A stretch of DNA of 50,521 nucleotides, the filler included, from Bipalium vagum (lineage: Eukaryota): assembly GCA_037834085.1 (NCBI GenBank). It is 3 parts of 3 records of this genome, joined end to end, with 100 filler letters (N's around TTAATTAATTAA, not from the genome) between each part and the next. Parts side by side here need not be neighbours in the genome. Positions count along the whole stretch, not along the records: positions 17,067 to 33,278 come from JBBMKC010122457.1; positions 33,379 to 50,521 come from JBBMKC010076917.1; 1 more part is not named here. One strand, 5' to 3'. Both the position numbers and the translations under genes were made by a program. Shown here piece by piece: positions 25,000 through 37,181 of the stretch. Numbering within the stretch: the stretch's first letter is position 1; each line of letters opens with the position of its first letter. The notes under the pieces are model-generated. The model was not told the origin of the DNA. It worked only from the letters and a program-made list of their open reading frames with translations, and did not search any database.

Positions 25000-27900
25000 A
25001 AATAGGTACCTTTGACTCGAAATCAAGAATTACTCATAAAAAACAGTGATTTATTTCAAATAAAAGATATGGTTGTCATTGACACGGGGAAGTTTTTAAA
25101 TGTTTGTCTCTGCTCTCGCTATGAATTTTTTCCAGATATTATATCTGGCTGCACATTTTTCCATAATTGAGTTAATTTCTGTTATTTTAAATCCAAATGC
25201 TCAGAGTTTCTGGTAGTTTGATGGGATCCACGATCCCCCGGCTCAGATTATAAATGTTCTGATATCGTTGTACCATATTCTTCCGAGCTCGGATTGAGCT
25301 TCGTCCAACAAAGTTTGATATTTTTGCTTGTTTGCTTCGTCATTGCCCTTGATAGAAATCTCTGATTCAAAGGGGATTTTGACATCTATTATTAGGAATC
25401 TTTTAAGCCTCTTATTCACTAATTGTATATCAGAAATTAAGTTTTTTCCTGAAAAAATTTCTTTCTTTTCAACGTGTATTTCCCACTCCTTTTTAAGTGT
25501 GGACAGCAAATCAACTAAGATATCGCGAACATCATTGTGCTTTTTTCGTATCATAGGCATTATGTAGATGCAGCTGCATAAGGCGTGTGAGGCAGTTTCT
25601 TCTTTCCAATAGCAATGTCTACAGTTGCCGGCCTTTTTCGATTTTTTATTGGTTGGTAAGTCATTAGTTCGATACTTTTGAATAAAGTACCATTCATCTG
25701 TACTGCACAGATGCCCGTTCATCAGCTTTTTGTTTAGGCGACCATTTAGTACAATTGTTTTTGCCAGTATTCCTGCGCTGCGCAAGTTAGCCTAATTCTC
25801 AAACATCTCTTCCCCGATTTCCTCATGTAATAATGGACATAACAGGTGAGTTGCGAATTAGTCAAAGATTGTCATTTTATTTATAGCTTTGATGATTGTA
25901 ATGATTCCGCTGTTGTTGTTCAGTTGAAAGGATATTGTGGAACTTATCAAAATAATGTACAGCCATGCTAATTTTGTACCACCAGGACCTTTGTATGGCC
26001 TCACTACATGCTTTGTTTAACCAGTCAAAACCCATTTCTGCTGTCGTTGCGTTTTACTGAGACTTTAAGGAATTCAAGGCTAGATTCAACATTTGCTTAT
26101 CTGAGGTGTTCAGCATCCTATGAGCTTGTATGATCGACTGAGTTATATATTCATAAAATGTTGAGATACAACCGAGTCCACCATATTCTACTGAACAGTA
26201 TAAATATCCGATTGGAGACGACGGTGAGTGCGAAAGTAATTCTCGTAGATGTTTCCTAAGAATAAAATCTAGTCCATAATGTATACCTTCACTCTTGGTC
26301 GTAGTTTCAGAGCAATTTAAATATGATACAACTGTTTTATAGTTTCGGAACGCAAAGATTAATTTCGGATGGAGGAAAGTCTTATAGGCTTTTACGGCCT
26401 GCCAGGGATATAGCCCACTCTTGCGTCTTTTGCCCATCAGATTCGTCACTGATTCATAGGTGTGATGAGTGTTCCGCTCAATTTTAAACCCCCTATCTAT
26501 ACCCAAGTATCTGTATCATTCACCAAGTAACAGTATTCGGTATAGGGCTGCCGTTGATGGTTATCTGTCCGATTTTATTCTTAGAGAGATTTAAGAACGC
26601 GCATTTAGAAGCGTTTACTGTCATCCCTGACCACTGGATAACATTAATCACATTGTTCACCATGTTTTACAAATCTCCAATCTTGTTGGCAACGACAGCT
26701 AAGTCATCAGATTAAGCAAGTACTGCAAATTCCAACTGAGGGAATTTTCTATAGTTTTCTGTCACATCCGTATTTATTGTTATATTAAACAATAACATAG
26801 ATAATGGACAGCCCTCTCTTAACGTTTATAGGGTCTGTAGAAATGGTCTCGCAGAAAACTTTGGTTTGGCAATTTTGTTATAAGTCTTTGATTATTTGTC
26901 GTGCATTCTCACCAACTCTGTGTCTTCCTAAGATGTCTAATAAAACTCTGATCGGTACACTTCCGAATGCATCTGCAATATCAATGAAGCAAATAAAAAG
27001 ATCCTCCTTCTTTAATTTAGCTTCCTCGATTTTCAGAGTCAGCATGAAGTTGTGTTCGGAACAGCGTTTAAAGTGCGCTAGTGATTATTGATTTTTGTGC
27101 ATCAACCTCTCTTTCAAAACCTCTCTAACTGTTTGCACAGAATTGACGTATAGAGCTTGTAGCTCGTATTTAGAAGGGCAATCGAACGACAAGCATTGAC
27201 TTTTGAGTAGTCGTCTTTGTTCGGCTTTGGAATTAATTTTTTTGAATATTCTCTCCACAAGTCTGGTATCTTTCGTTCAAGGATTATTGACTGCAAGAGA
27301 TGTTCGTAGATCAGGACTTTTGGGTCAGCAATCCGGATGGCGTTATATATGATCCCATCTGGGCCAGGGGATGATTTTTTGTTTCTGCTTTTCAGAGTTT
27401 GTAGGATATAAACTGCGGTGGGTAGACTAAAGTCAAAATTTTTTTCAGCTTGCTTGATCATTGGAGCAATCGAGAACGACCAGTTAGGTGGTTCTGGGAT
27501 TGTCGATTTTTTCTTGAAGTCCGCCTTTATGTTATCAAGAGTTGGCCATGTCTTAATTTCTGGTTCATCGATGTTTCGTATGATCTCCATCGCTCGTTTC
27601 ATGTTTTTGTTGAACATTACTTTGAGATTTGATGGTTTAGAGTTCCGTGTAAGCCTAAGGTCAGGCTTTTATGCTTTACATGGATTACAGTTCATTATGA
27701 ATTGCTTTATGATCCATATTTTGTTGTTTATTGGCATCGCTAGATTTTTGGTTAACAAACCATGTAATTCTCTGGCTGCTGTTTTCTGCTGCTCATAGTT
27801 CGAGGCTATATGACTGTTTATCTGATTGTAAGGCTTAATATTCCACAAAGTGTCTACAGAAGGGGCTCTGTTTTCATTTAATTTTTTGCGGTACATTTTC

Positions 27901-28555
27901 CCAGAACGTCATGTTTGGTTTCCAGTAATTGTGATGAGGGGGGATTCCTCATCCCAATTTTTTGAATTTTTTCTTTTACTCTCAGCCCGTCCCACTGATT
28001 TGCATCTTTTATTTAATGTTTCATTGCTTTCAACGGATGTCTGCAAGAGTTTGACCCGTTTTATGGGTTTCCTCGGTGTTGAGGTAGAAGCAGTAAATAG
28101 ATCCTGGCTCATTTAGCTGGTTGAAGGAATCAAAACTTGTTGCTTCGAGACATCCAGCGATTCTTCTTCACCTATGATACTATTATTGATTCCGTTTACC
28201 TGATTATTGTTTTGTGATTATGTTGTGAATTTCGTTGGAGAAAAGGGTTGTGTTTGGTTCACTATTATAGCTACACTCAATTGAATCAAAACTCCAATAA
28301 AACCTTATTCGTTCCCAAACTGAATCAAAACGATCACAGTAAACATTTATAAAACGCAAACTTGCAGCGTTACATGTGTCAAAGGAATCTCAATCACTCA
28401 AAGAATCAAAGTTAGTCAAATGTCTAAAAATAATCACGAAGTCAAACTGATCCAATGCCAACGGCTATTCCTTACAATAGCCCATTAATTCTAACTTTAT
28501 ATCCACGCAGAGATAAAGTTAGTCGAAAAGAAATTTATTATGCCGACGACGGGAT
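25000..28555 (-). mobile_element. Near full-length decayed RLE non-LTR retrotransposon (R2-group, NeSL/Utopia-like)
   Basis: Ordered motifs: KSSPGPDGIIY, LIPK...RSIALLNTSYKLY, CSEHNF, FIDIADAFGSV, LA*SDDL, YLGI, YGGLG, CRHC..ETASHALCSC, RKKHN, ISDI..IIDVKIPFE, KQKY, GSWIP.N. Many stops and frameshifts. Confidence 0.93.
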
Positions 28556-29419
28556 ATATTTCTTTATCTAAAATTTAATTAATGAAATATTCCAAATATA
28601 TCAAATTTTTTAATTAATATTGTCAATCCAAATTTTTTATGGTTTGTATGTTTGGCAAACCCAACACAAGTATTCATATTCATAATCTGTTGTTGAATTG
28701 TCAATTATGGGAATAGTAATTATAAAAAATATTACTTAAAGTTAAAATCAATTTTTTAATTTAACATTTCAAATAATTATGTTCAAGCATAATACTATTT
28801 ATATCGATCATGTTCGGCTTGATATCGATATTATAAATGATTAACAGATATCATTTTTGTGAATTCGTTTTCAGATAAATTCGTATAAGTGTTCTTCAAT
28901 ATCCTCATTTTTATTTGAATTTTGAATCCATTTCATATTCCTTCTATATGATTAGTGTGGAATGTCGGCTACTTTATCTTTCAATGCTTTAGAATAGATG
29001 ATCATGATTATACTTTCGTTTGGAATATTTAGTTTCATGAATTTTGGCTGTTTTCTCTCTCAATTATGTCATTATCATGGCATTTCGAAACAATTAATAT
29101 AGCGACTAAATTACTAGAGCAACTAAAAAGTCAATACGGTCAAGTTTTCGATTTTTAGGTTAATAAAGTCAAGTTATTTAAAAATTTGTAAATATTGTAA
29201 CTTATTTTTTATTAATTTTATAACCGAAAAATTTATAACTTATTAATAATAATTAACTGAGTGTTTTAATATTAAATATTCATCGTTGATTAAATATTCA
29301 ATATCTTATCTAAGTAAGATTTTTATATAAAAATATTTAACTATTATTAACTATATTAAAATATTATATTTAAATCCATATATTTTAGTGAGCCGAAAGT
29401 AGCTGTGTCTTCGAAATGT

Positions 29420-29745
29420 AAGGCAATGGCAATTGTAAATACTTACCAAAATGAATTTACAATTTCACCAACCGGAAGCATATTTTGTTTACTATGCGAA
29501 AAGATGTATTTTGTTTAAAAAAATCGTGCTACAAATAAGCATAGTAAGTTTATGAAAAACGTGTCAAAATAATAGTCAAGCTTGTTTTCCAAACAACAAT
29601 TTATTCAGATAAGCAAGAATGATTTTGCCTTAAATGTCACACGAGCATTTCTATTTGCTGACATACCTTTGTATAAAATACAAAACCAGAATCTTCGTGA
29701 TTTATTTTTGTCTATTGGGAATCCTCTGCCCAGTTAAAAAGCACC
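29420..29745 (+). mobile_element. hAT-like (CGGBP1-related) transposase N-terminal remnant
   Basis: NDFALNVTRAFLFADIPLYKIQNQNLRDLFLSIGNPLPS fits the pattern F..D...A....IPL.K..N...R.F.....PS. Confidence 0.5.
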
Positions 29746-29752
29746 ATTCAAT

Positions 29753-29933
29753 GTTGTGTTTGGTTTACTATTATAGTTACACCCAATTGAATCAAAAATC
29801 CCACAATAAAACCTTATTCGTTCTCTAAATTGAATCAAAACGATCACATTAAAACATTATTAAAACCAAAATTGCACCGTTACACGTGTCACATGAATGT
29901 CAATCATTCAAAGAATCAATGTTAGGCAAATGT
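29753..29933 (-). repeat. Diverged ~180-bp direct copy of the retrotransposon 5' region 28247-28423
   Basis: Colinear match visible by eye (GTTGTGTTTGGTT.ACTATTATAG...AATAAAACCTTATTCGTTC...GAATCAAAACGATCACA...CAAATGT). Confidence 0.9.
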
Positions 29934-30352
29934 AGATACTATATAGATAATTTATTTAACTAAAACAAATACAAATTTATCACATGGGTTGTAATAAATT
30001 CCCTAATTAATGTGGTTCACTAATGAAAATGAAATTTTATTTATACTATTTTACCGATAAGATAAATGAATTGTACATAAAAATTAATTAAAGATAAATA
30101 AAATGAAAAAGTTAAAATTATGAAAAAGTTAAATAAAATTAAAGTTAATTTTACAAAATGCAAATATTTTAATATTTATTTTAAAAATTGAGTTCTAATT
30201 TAACAAATAAATCTTTATATTTCCTCTATATTGGTTATTTTCTTTTCGTAATTGTTCACTATTGATATCTTTAAGGAATATTTTAAAAAAACCTGTTTGT
30301 TTAAATAATGTGGTGCTCATTATTTATTAACAAGATTAATTTCAAAGATTCA

Positions 30353-31657
30353 ATGTATTTCATACTCCTTATCGTCATATTCGGACCAATGAAGGCTTTA
30401 GGTAAAGGAAAATTAAAATTCTGCTATTGATTTACGCTTAATTAAGAAATAAATAAGCACAACTGCAAAGCATCAATGATGCTCCATGCGAAATGTTTCT
30501 TTAATATCATTCTGGAACCACCGTTGACAGAACGATTGGACTGTCGTTTGAGTTTCAGAGATGTAACCAACAACTCTCTGTTATTGTTCTCTAGCGAACC
30601 GATATCGATGATATCAGAGGAAATATCGACCAGACAATGCCCGGTTTTCGAAATGAATATCATGAGTAATTGGTCGAATCCTGACACAAAAGTGAATCCA
30701 ATTTGTTCCAAGGACGACGATAATCATCTTTGACTGTTTTTTCTAGTATCTGCTCTCAACGAATTGCGGTGGTCAAATCAAAGCGATAACGGATCAGTTC
30801 AACGGATTTGTCCAAGCCCACTTGGTCTACGACAACCGAGGACTGGAAGACAACTATACCGCCATCAGGATGAAGCTGACACTGAACGTGACAGACAAGA
30901 AAAAGTGTCACGAAGACCAAGAGCCTTCAAACCAGTTGTCGTTAATGTTTGTAAAATTAATTGTGATCTTATTTGCGGTTGTTTTGTTTCTGGGTATTAT
31001 CGATTTTGTTTGCAATTTTAATTTGATTGGTTGATTGATTAAGTTTTGATAGTTGTCATAACTGTCATTACCCTCATAACTGCCATGGGTGTGATGACTG
31101 TCACATATATACGGGGAGAAAGGAAGAGGAAGAGGGTAATTTGGTGGAGAAGGTGGAGGAAAATATTATCTAGAAGCAGCCAGTATTCCACAGAAGAGGA
31201 CAGCGGTAATTTTTACTTTCATGAAGGATCGAAAGATTTGATCGGGTTTTCACATTATTTTTTTGTCATATTTGGAAAGGGTCTCGTCGTGACATGAGAA
31301 CAAAGCTCTTGTTTGATTAAAAATTATGACAACTGATAAAAATCGATAATAATANNNNNNNNNNNNNNNNNNNNNNNNNNNNNNNNNNNNNNNNNNNNNN
31401 NNNNNNNNNNNNNNNNNNNNNNNNNNNNNNNNNNNNNNNNNNNNNNNNNNNNNNNNNNNNNNNNNNNNNNNNNNNNNNNNNNNNNNNNNNNNNNNNNNNN
31501 NNNNNNNNNNNNNNNNNNNNNNNNNNNNGAAGGAGAGACTGTCCCTTTAACCCATGAATCGATGGAATCAAATACAATTTCAACGACGACCAATGATTCT
31601 GTCTCTTTTTGGAATTCAAATAATGCGAAAGCCTCAACGTTAGAGTTTTTCTATTAA
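30353..31657 (+). CDS. Orphan signal-peptide and membrane-anchored protein, possible diverged CUB domain
   Basis: Exons 30353-30401, 30447-30691, 30747-30993 and 31044-31135 splice in frame with no stops (211 codons; introns 45, 55, 50 nt). Signal peptide MYFILLIVIFGPMKA, Cys-containing ectodomain, long hydrophobic segment, then RGERKRKR. Probable last exon 31529-31657 after the gap. Confidence 0.7.
31355..31528. other. Assembly gap (174 N)
   Basis: Run of N. Confidence 0.99.
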
Positions 31658-31943
31658 TTTTGTTATTGTTATGATTATGATTATTATTATTGTTAATATT
31701 CTTTCTTTTAATTCTTTAGATATTCATAATCAATAATTGATCAATCAACTGTGTAACATAACATAACTAAAGATTAATGCTTTGTTTTAACCTTTACTCA
31801 TGCTTTAAATATTAATAATAATAGTATTATGAAATATGTTTTTATAATTCTTTTTATTTATTTTATTTGATTAATTATTTATTTTATTTTATTTGATCAT
31901 ATTTTTTATAGTTAAAATCTATTTGGTTTTATAATTTTCAACA

Positions 31944-32373
31944 ACAAAAAGTAACTTTAAAATAATAAGAAAGATAAATAATAAAATATAATAACATGTA
32001 ATAAAATCAATAATAATAAATAATAAAATTTCTTAAAATTCTTTTTATTTCATTATTTATATTATTCTTAATATTTCTTATTTTATTTAATCATTTAATT
32101 TATTTATATTTTATTATATCATAATTTTTTTATTTTATAAATTTGTTAATTAATATTTATTATTGATATTTTTTAATATGTATATATTTTTTATTATTTT
32201 AAATAATTTAATAAAAATAATAAATAATTTAATATGATATCGAAATTTTTAATTATCATACCAAAAGATAAAACACAAAAGGCAACTAAAAATAAAAGAA
32301 GATAAATAATAAAATATAATAACAAGTGATAAAATCAATAATAATAAATAATAAAATTTTGAAAAATTCTTTT
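31944..32373. repeat. AT-rich direct repeat (~100 bp) at 31944-32046 and 32275-32373
   Basis: AAGATAAATAATAAAATATAATAACA.GT.ATAAAATCAATAATAATAAATAATAAAATTT occurs twice, about 330 bp apart. Confidence 0.75.
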
Positions 32374-32375
32374 CA

Positions 32376-33278
32376 TTGTGTTGTCCCATAAAAAATGTCC
32401 GTTTTATTCAATAAATACAACACAAAATTTTTATTGTAAACTATAAAATTATGAACTAAAATAAAATTCATCGTTCTCACACACAAGAGCCAAACGTTCT
32501 GCAATTTTGAGAATTCCATTTTCATACCATCCTGGAGATTTAGAGTGAAAAAACACCGATAGGCACTTTTCCAGGTCATCCATGTTCTCAAAGTGCTTTC
32601 TCCGCAAGAAATGTGCCATGGAGAGGAACAAATGGAAGTCTGATGCTGCAACATCGGGCGAGTACGGAGGATGTGGTAAGAGTTCAATTCCCTCAATATT
32701 TTCCAAAGTCTTCATCGATTTCTTTGAAGTATGAGGTTTTGCATTGTCAGCTTGAAATAGAACTCTTTTCCTGTTGATTAAAGCGGGATGTTTTTTGATG
32801 AGAATCTGGTGAAGTCGATTCAATTGTGCAGAATAGATCTCTGAATTAATATTTTGACCAACTGGAAGAATTTGAAAAATTAGAATTCCATTGTAATTCC
32901 AAAACGGAAATCACGTACTTCTTTCAAAATCTATCTACTTTAGATCTGCCATCAGGTGACTCGTTTGCTGATAACCATTGCATTTTTTGTGTGGACTATT
33001 AATGAAGATCCATTTTTCAGCCATAGCGACAATTCTTTGGAAAAAACGCTTCTCTAATGGGTTATCCAACAACCTTTTACAAGTTTGAAATCGTTTATCA
33101 ACTTGCGCATATGTCATCTGATGTCGGTCCACTCGATTGGCTCTGTATTTTTTGCCAGGAGTACGAAGGTGACGATGAATTGTGGATTTTGAATGACCTA
33201 CTTGAGATGATAATTCTCGAGTCGATTGAGAAGGATCTGATTCTATAGAATCCAGTAGATCATCGTCTTTGAAGACCA
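32376..33278 (-). mobile_element. mariner element, 5' end lost in gap
   Basis: RIVAMAEKWIF, FQADNAKPH...PHPPYSPDVAASDFHLFLSM, GILKIAERLALVCENDEFYF; TIR-like TTGTGTTGTCCCATAAAAAATGTCC. Confidence 0.9.
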
Positions 33279-33378
33279 NNNNNNNNNNNNNNNNNNNNNN
33301 NNNNNNNNNNNNNNNNNNNNNNTTAATTAATTAANNNNNNNNNNNNNNNNNNNNNNNNNNNNNNNNNNNNNNNNNNNN
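33279..33378. other. Assembly gap with artificial TTAATTAATTAA spacer
   Basis: 44 N + TTAATTAATTAA + 44 N. Confidence 0.95.
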
Positions 33379-34069
33379 TTTATATATACTTTTATCTGTC
33401 CATTGTTATATGTTTAACCTCAATGTTCTAAATTATATCTGAATAGAAAGAAATAAATTGTTCGGTACATATGCACTAACTAGTATGGAAAGATACAGCG
33501 AGAAACCATTGAAATGCAAATATAGAGTTTAGGTAGTCTCTACAAATATTAGTAAATCAAAACAGATCTGCATTCCTCTGAGAAAGAGATGAATGAATAT
33601 ATCATTATACAGAGAATCAGAAAGCGCTCTCAAGCAATGACGAAAAACATAATTCTGATCCTGATAGCCACCGGAGATAGTGTCAGCTACCAGCACCAAT
33701 GTTAAAACAACAATTTCCAGTCGTTAGCTTCATTTCATCATCATTCAAAAGTCCCACCAAAAATTTAAATGAAATTTGTCTTGCTACACTTGAAATTTTA
33801 TGCAAAATCAGACCCCGATCATTATAATTTGGAGTATGAAGAAGGAACCGTTATATACATGCTGTTACAATTTCAGTATGTTCATATAGTAATAATAATA
33901 ATAATAAAGTTGGTGATATTAATAATATTAGTATTTGATATTTGATAATATTTTAATAAATAAATCCTAAAAATTTTAATTAGTTCTTTTCAATAAGACA
34001 TTTATTTTCCATTTTTAAAATATTTAGTCTACTTAAAAGATAAATAATTATTCAGCTCTTAATATCTTT

Positions 34070-34830
34070 TGGCTGAGATGAATAATTGAACGGTCTCAAT
34101 TTCTTTATTGACTAATGGAAAGGGTAATTTTTCTGCAAAATCAACATCGTGTCGATGTTACTAAAGAGATACTGGATCTTTGTAGAAAATAATCCAACAT
34201 TCATTATTATTATTCATTAGTATTATTACTGATAACGAGACATGGGTTTAGAAGCTTGAAATTCTGACAAAGCAACAGTCCAATAAATGGATGAATCAAG
34301 ACCTAAAAGAATTTGACAAATGAAATCAAAACTCAAGACTGTTAACAATTTTATGGATTATTGTGGTGTAATTCATCACAAATTTCTTGCATAAGGTTGT
34401 ACCGTAAATAAAGAATATTATTCACAAGTTATGCATCGTTTGCGTCAGGCGATTCGTCAAAAAGAGTAGATTTATGGGCAGACAATTTATGCTTTTTACA
34501 CCACGACAACGCCTCTTATCATAATGCGATTATTATCCGTGAGTTTTTAGCCAAAAATGCAATAAATGTCATTTTACATGCACCATAATTTCCAAATATG
34601 TCACCTTACGACTCTTTTTTATTCGAAGGGCCCGATTGATTCGGTTGAATCAATAAAGCAAAAATCGAAAGACGAACTTATGAAAATTCCGAAGTGATTT
34701 TGAAAAATGCTTTCTGAAATGGAGTAAACGTTGCAGCATGCATATCTCGAAGGGAAAAGAGTATTTTGAAGACGACAAAAAAAATTTGGTGATTAAATAG
34801 ATATTGTTTAATTTTGACAGTCACCTTACT
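34070..34830 (+). mobile_element. mariner remnant (irritans-like)
   Basis: IITDNETWV, KQQS, TVNKEYY, LHHDNASYH, HAP*FPNMSPYDSFLF, EYFEDD; multiple frameshifts. Confidence 0.8.
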
Positions 34831-35187
34831 TTATAAAAATGGCATTGTGTAATAATTCAAAAATTTTGAATAGGAAGTTTAAAATTCAACTGAGAGTATA
34901 GAAATAAAAATATATAAACCTATTAATACATAAAAATAACTTATATAATTAAAAAATATTTTTATTAATTTATCCTGCATGAAAAAATATACTTTTATTA
35001 GAAATTAGTAGAATAAAAGAACATTTTACCATGAGGCAGGAAGATAACATATACATACTTAGTAAAACCTTTTCGTGATATATAATATATAAAAAGTTTT
35101 CAAAGGTTAGAAAAAGTTATAAAACTTTTTTGTTTTGTTTGTTGGCACTATTTTAATCAAATTAAGAATTAAGCTATTTAAAATAGA

Positions 35188-35778
35188 ATGAAAAATGTTT
35201 TCAGTACCAATAATTTATTGAAAATAGCTGGTTTTGGAGGAATATTTATTGCAACTTGTGGATACGCATTTGAAAAATTAACTAAAAGTAAAATATTTTT
35301 TACATGAATTGAATTATGTTATTTTAAGATAGATATAGAAAATTATCTTGTACACAAGATGCTCTAAATATTTTTCAGAATTATGAACCTACGAAAAATT
35401 ATATGGGAAAATTAGTTTCTTATAAAATTATTTTAGAAAATTATGATGGATTCAATAGACATGCCTTGAGTGATACTAGAGTAAAGCATAAGGTATTTAA
35501 TATTTATTATTATTATTTTGTAAAAGGTAAAAATTGGACTAGCCTGTACAAAGTCTAATGGAATACTGTACATGTATGCTCGGAAAATACTTGATTGCGA
35601 GGAGGATAAGTAAGATATCAAATTGTCTGTTAGCATTTAATTTTATTTGACTAGATGGATTATAAGACGATTAGATATTGAACTAAAGGATAAAGGTCTT
35701 CACTGGAAATTTTATGAATCAGAACCCGTTGACGATGACATATCATGTGAAGAAGCATGTAATATTCAAAATAAATAA
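35188..35778 (+). CDS. COA1: Cytochrome c oxidase assembly factor 1 (COA1/MITRAC15) homolog, 4 exons, about 152 aa
   Basis: Exons 35188-35287, 35329-35480 (or 35492), 35527-35609, 35655-35778 splice in frame from ATG to TAA. N-terminal TM (IAGFGGIFIATCGYAF), QDALNIF, and VKIGLACTKSNGILYMYAR...KWIIRRLDIELKD resemble COA1 LKIPVSGSKSEGLLYVHS...WHLDEVFLELKD. Confidence 0.8.
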
Positions 35779-36159
35779 TCAATTGGCATAATATTTTGTT
35801 GTAAAATTATTTTTAAAAAGGGTTTTAAAATAAATGGCCGTTAAAATATATTAAGCGTGTTTTCAAAAATTATAAACCTTTAAAAAATTTCAAGTTGTTC
35901 CTATTCTTTTTTAAAGTAACACTATAAACTATTTTGGGTATATACGAAGCTTTTTTATTTCAGTTTTACATTTATTATATTGTGCTTGCTTGTGATTGCC
36001 AGGTTATCATCACTATTTTTAATAATTGAATTCATTGAAAATAAAACAAAATGCTTTTATGATGCCGATTAATGTAATACAGAAAATATTAATATTTGAA
36101 AACTTTTAAAAGGCTTGTTCAAAATCCTTATTTTAATATATATAAAATTGTTGAATAAT

Positions 36160-36730
36160 TAAATACACCCAGTCAGCGACGTCTATGTTCATCATTCTGT
36201 GTCTAGTAAGTATCAATGTTGTTAATCGGTAAAAGGGGTTGCTTTCTGCACCAACCTTTTAAGCTTCTGAATTTTTCTCATTTTGTTTAACCGTTTGCAA
36301 ACAGTTGTTTTTCGAGTTCTGCTTGTGTCTGGGCATTACTTTTACTTAGGAATCCTTCTAAGTTTTCAAATTTTAACCTTCATGAAGCACCCACGCGTAT
36401 TCTATCTGTGACATCAAAATTTTTTTCTTTGAATCTACAGAATCAGATTTCACATGTATTGTGGGAAACTGTATTCTCCTCAAGACTGCGGCATATTTAA
36501 TGCTTTAGCAGAACTTTTACCTCGCTGAAACTCATCTGATGCACTGTCGAAAGTATGTTTAACGTTACTCATCTTCAATGATATTTTTGTTATTATCCAA
36601 GAAACTAAATTTAAGTAATAAACTTTTCATAAAAATTAATATCTAAATTACCGAAATACAATTTGGCAGATGTTAGATTATTATTTTGATTATTTGAACA
36701 ATACCCAAAAAGAGTAAAACTTATGCATAT
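36160..36730 (-). mobile_element. mariner 5' remnant
   Basis: Minus strand EFQRGKSSAKA and later a degenerate KRL..G..WV pattern; TIR-like AAAACTTATGCA near 36716. Confidence 0.55.
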
Positions 36731-37181
36731 TATTATAAATCAAAAATTAATCGACTCGTACAACTTTTATCAAAGAAACCTATTATAAAACGTACAAATA
36801 ATACGAAGGTTCATACATGTTTAGCCATTCAGGACAAAACTATTTAAAGAAATTACAGACGTTTATGAATTATTAATTGATTAATTTGATTTATACTATG
36901 ATTATTTCCAACAAGCAAAAGGGGTATCAGTGCACAAAAAAATAAAGTTTAATTATGATTTTAATTGTTTAATAAATCATTTTAACTATTGCTACTTTAC
37001 TTGGGATATACAGATTATACGTTACCATATTTGAAGAATAATCATAACAGTTATGATTATGAATTATAAGACCTTAACGATATGTAAGATTTGTGTATTT
37101 TGATTAGATAATAAGTATATTAATATTTAAGTATTTACGTAAGTATTTAAGTATATAAGTATGTATGAACATATGAATGTA

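Noticed and set aside
27418-28116. Plus-strand ORFs over the retrotransposon (also 25328, 26804, and 35433 and 43198 on the minus strand)
   Set aside because: Antisense shadows of real coding or transposon sequence.
34065-34080. CTTTTGGCTGAGAT resembling the U2 snRNA 5' region
   Set aside because: Only about 14 nt, no flanking U2 sequence, and it lies at the edge of a mariner remnant.
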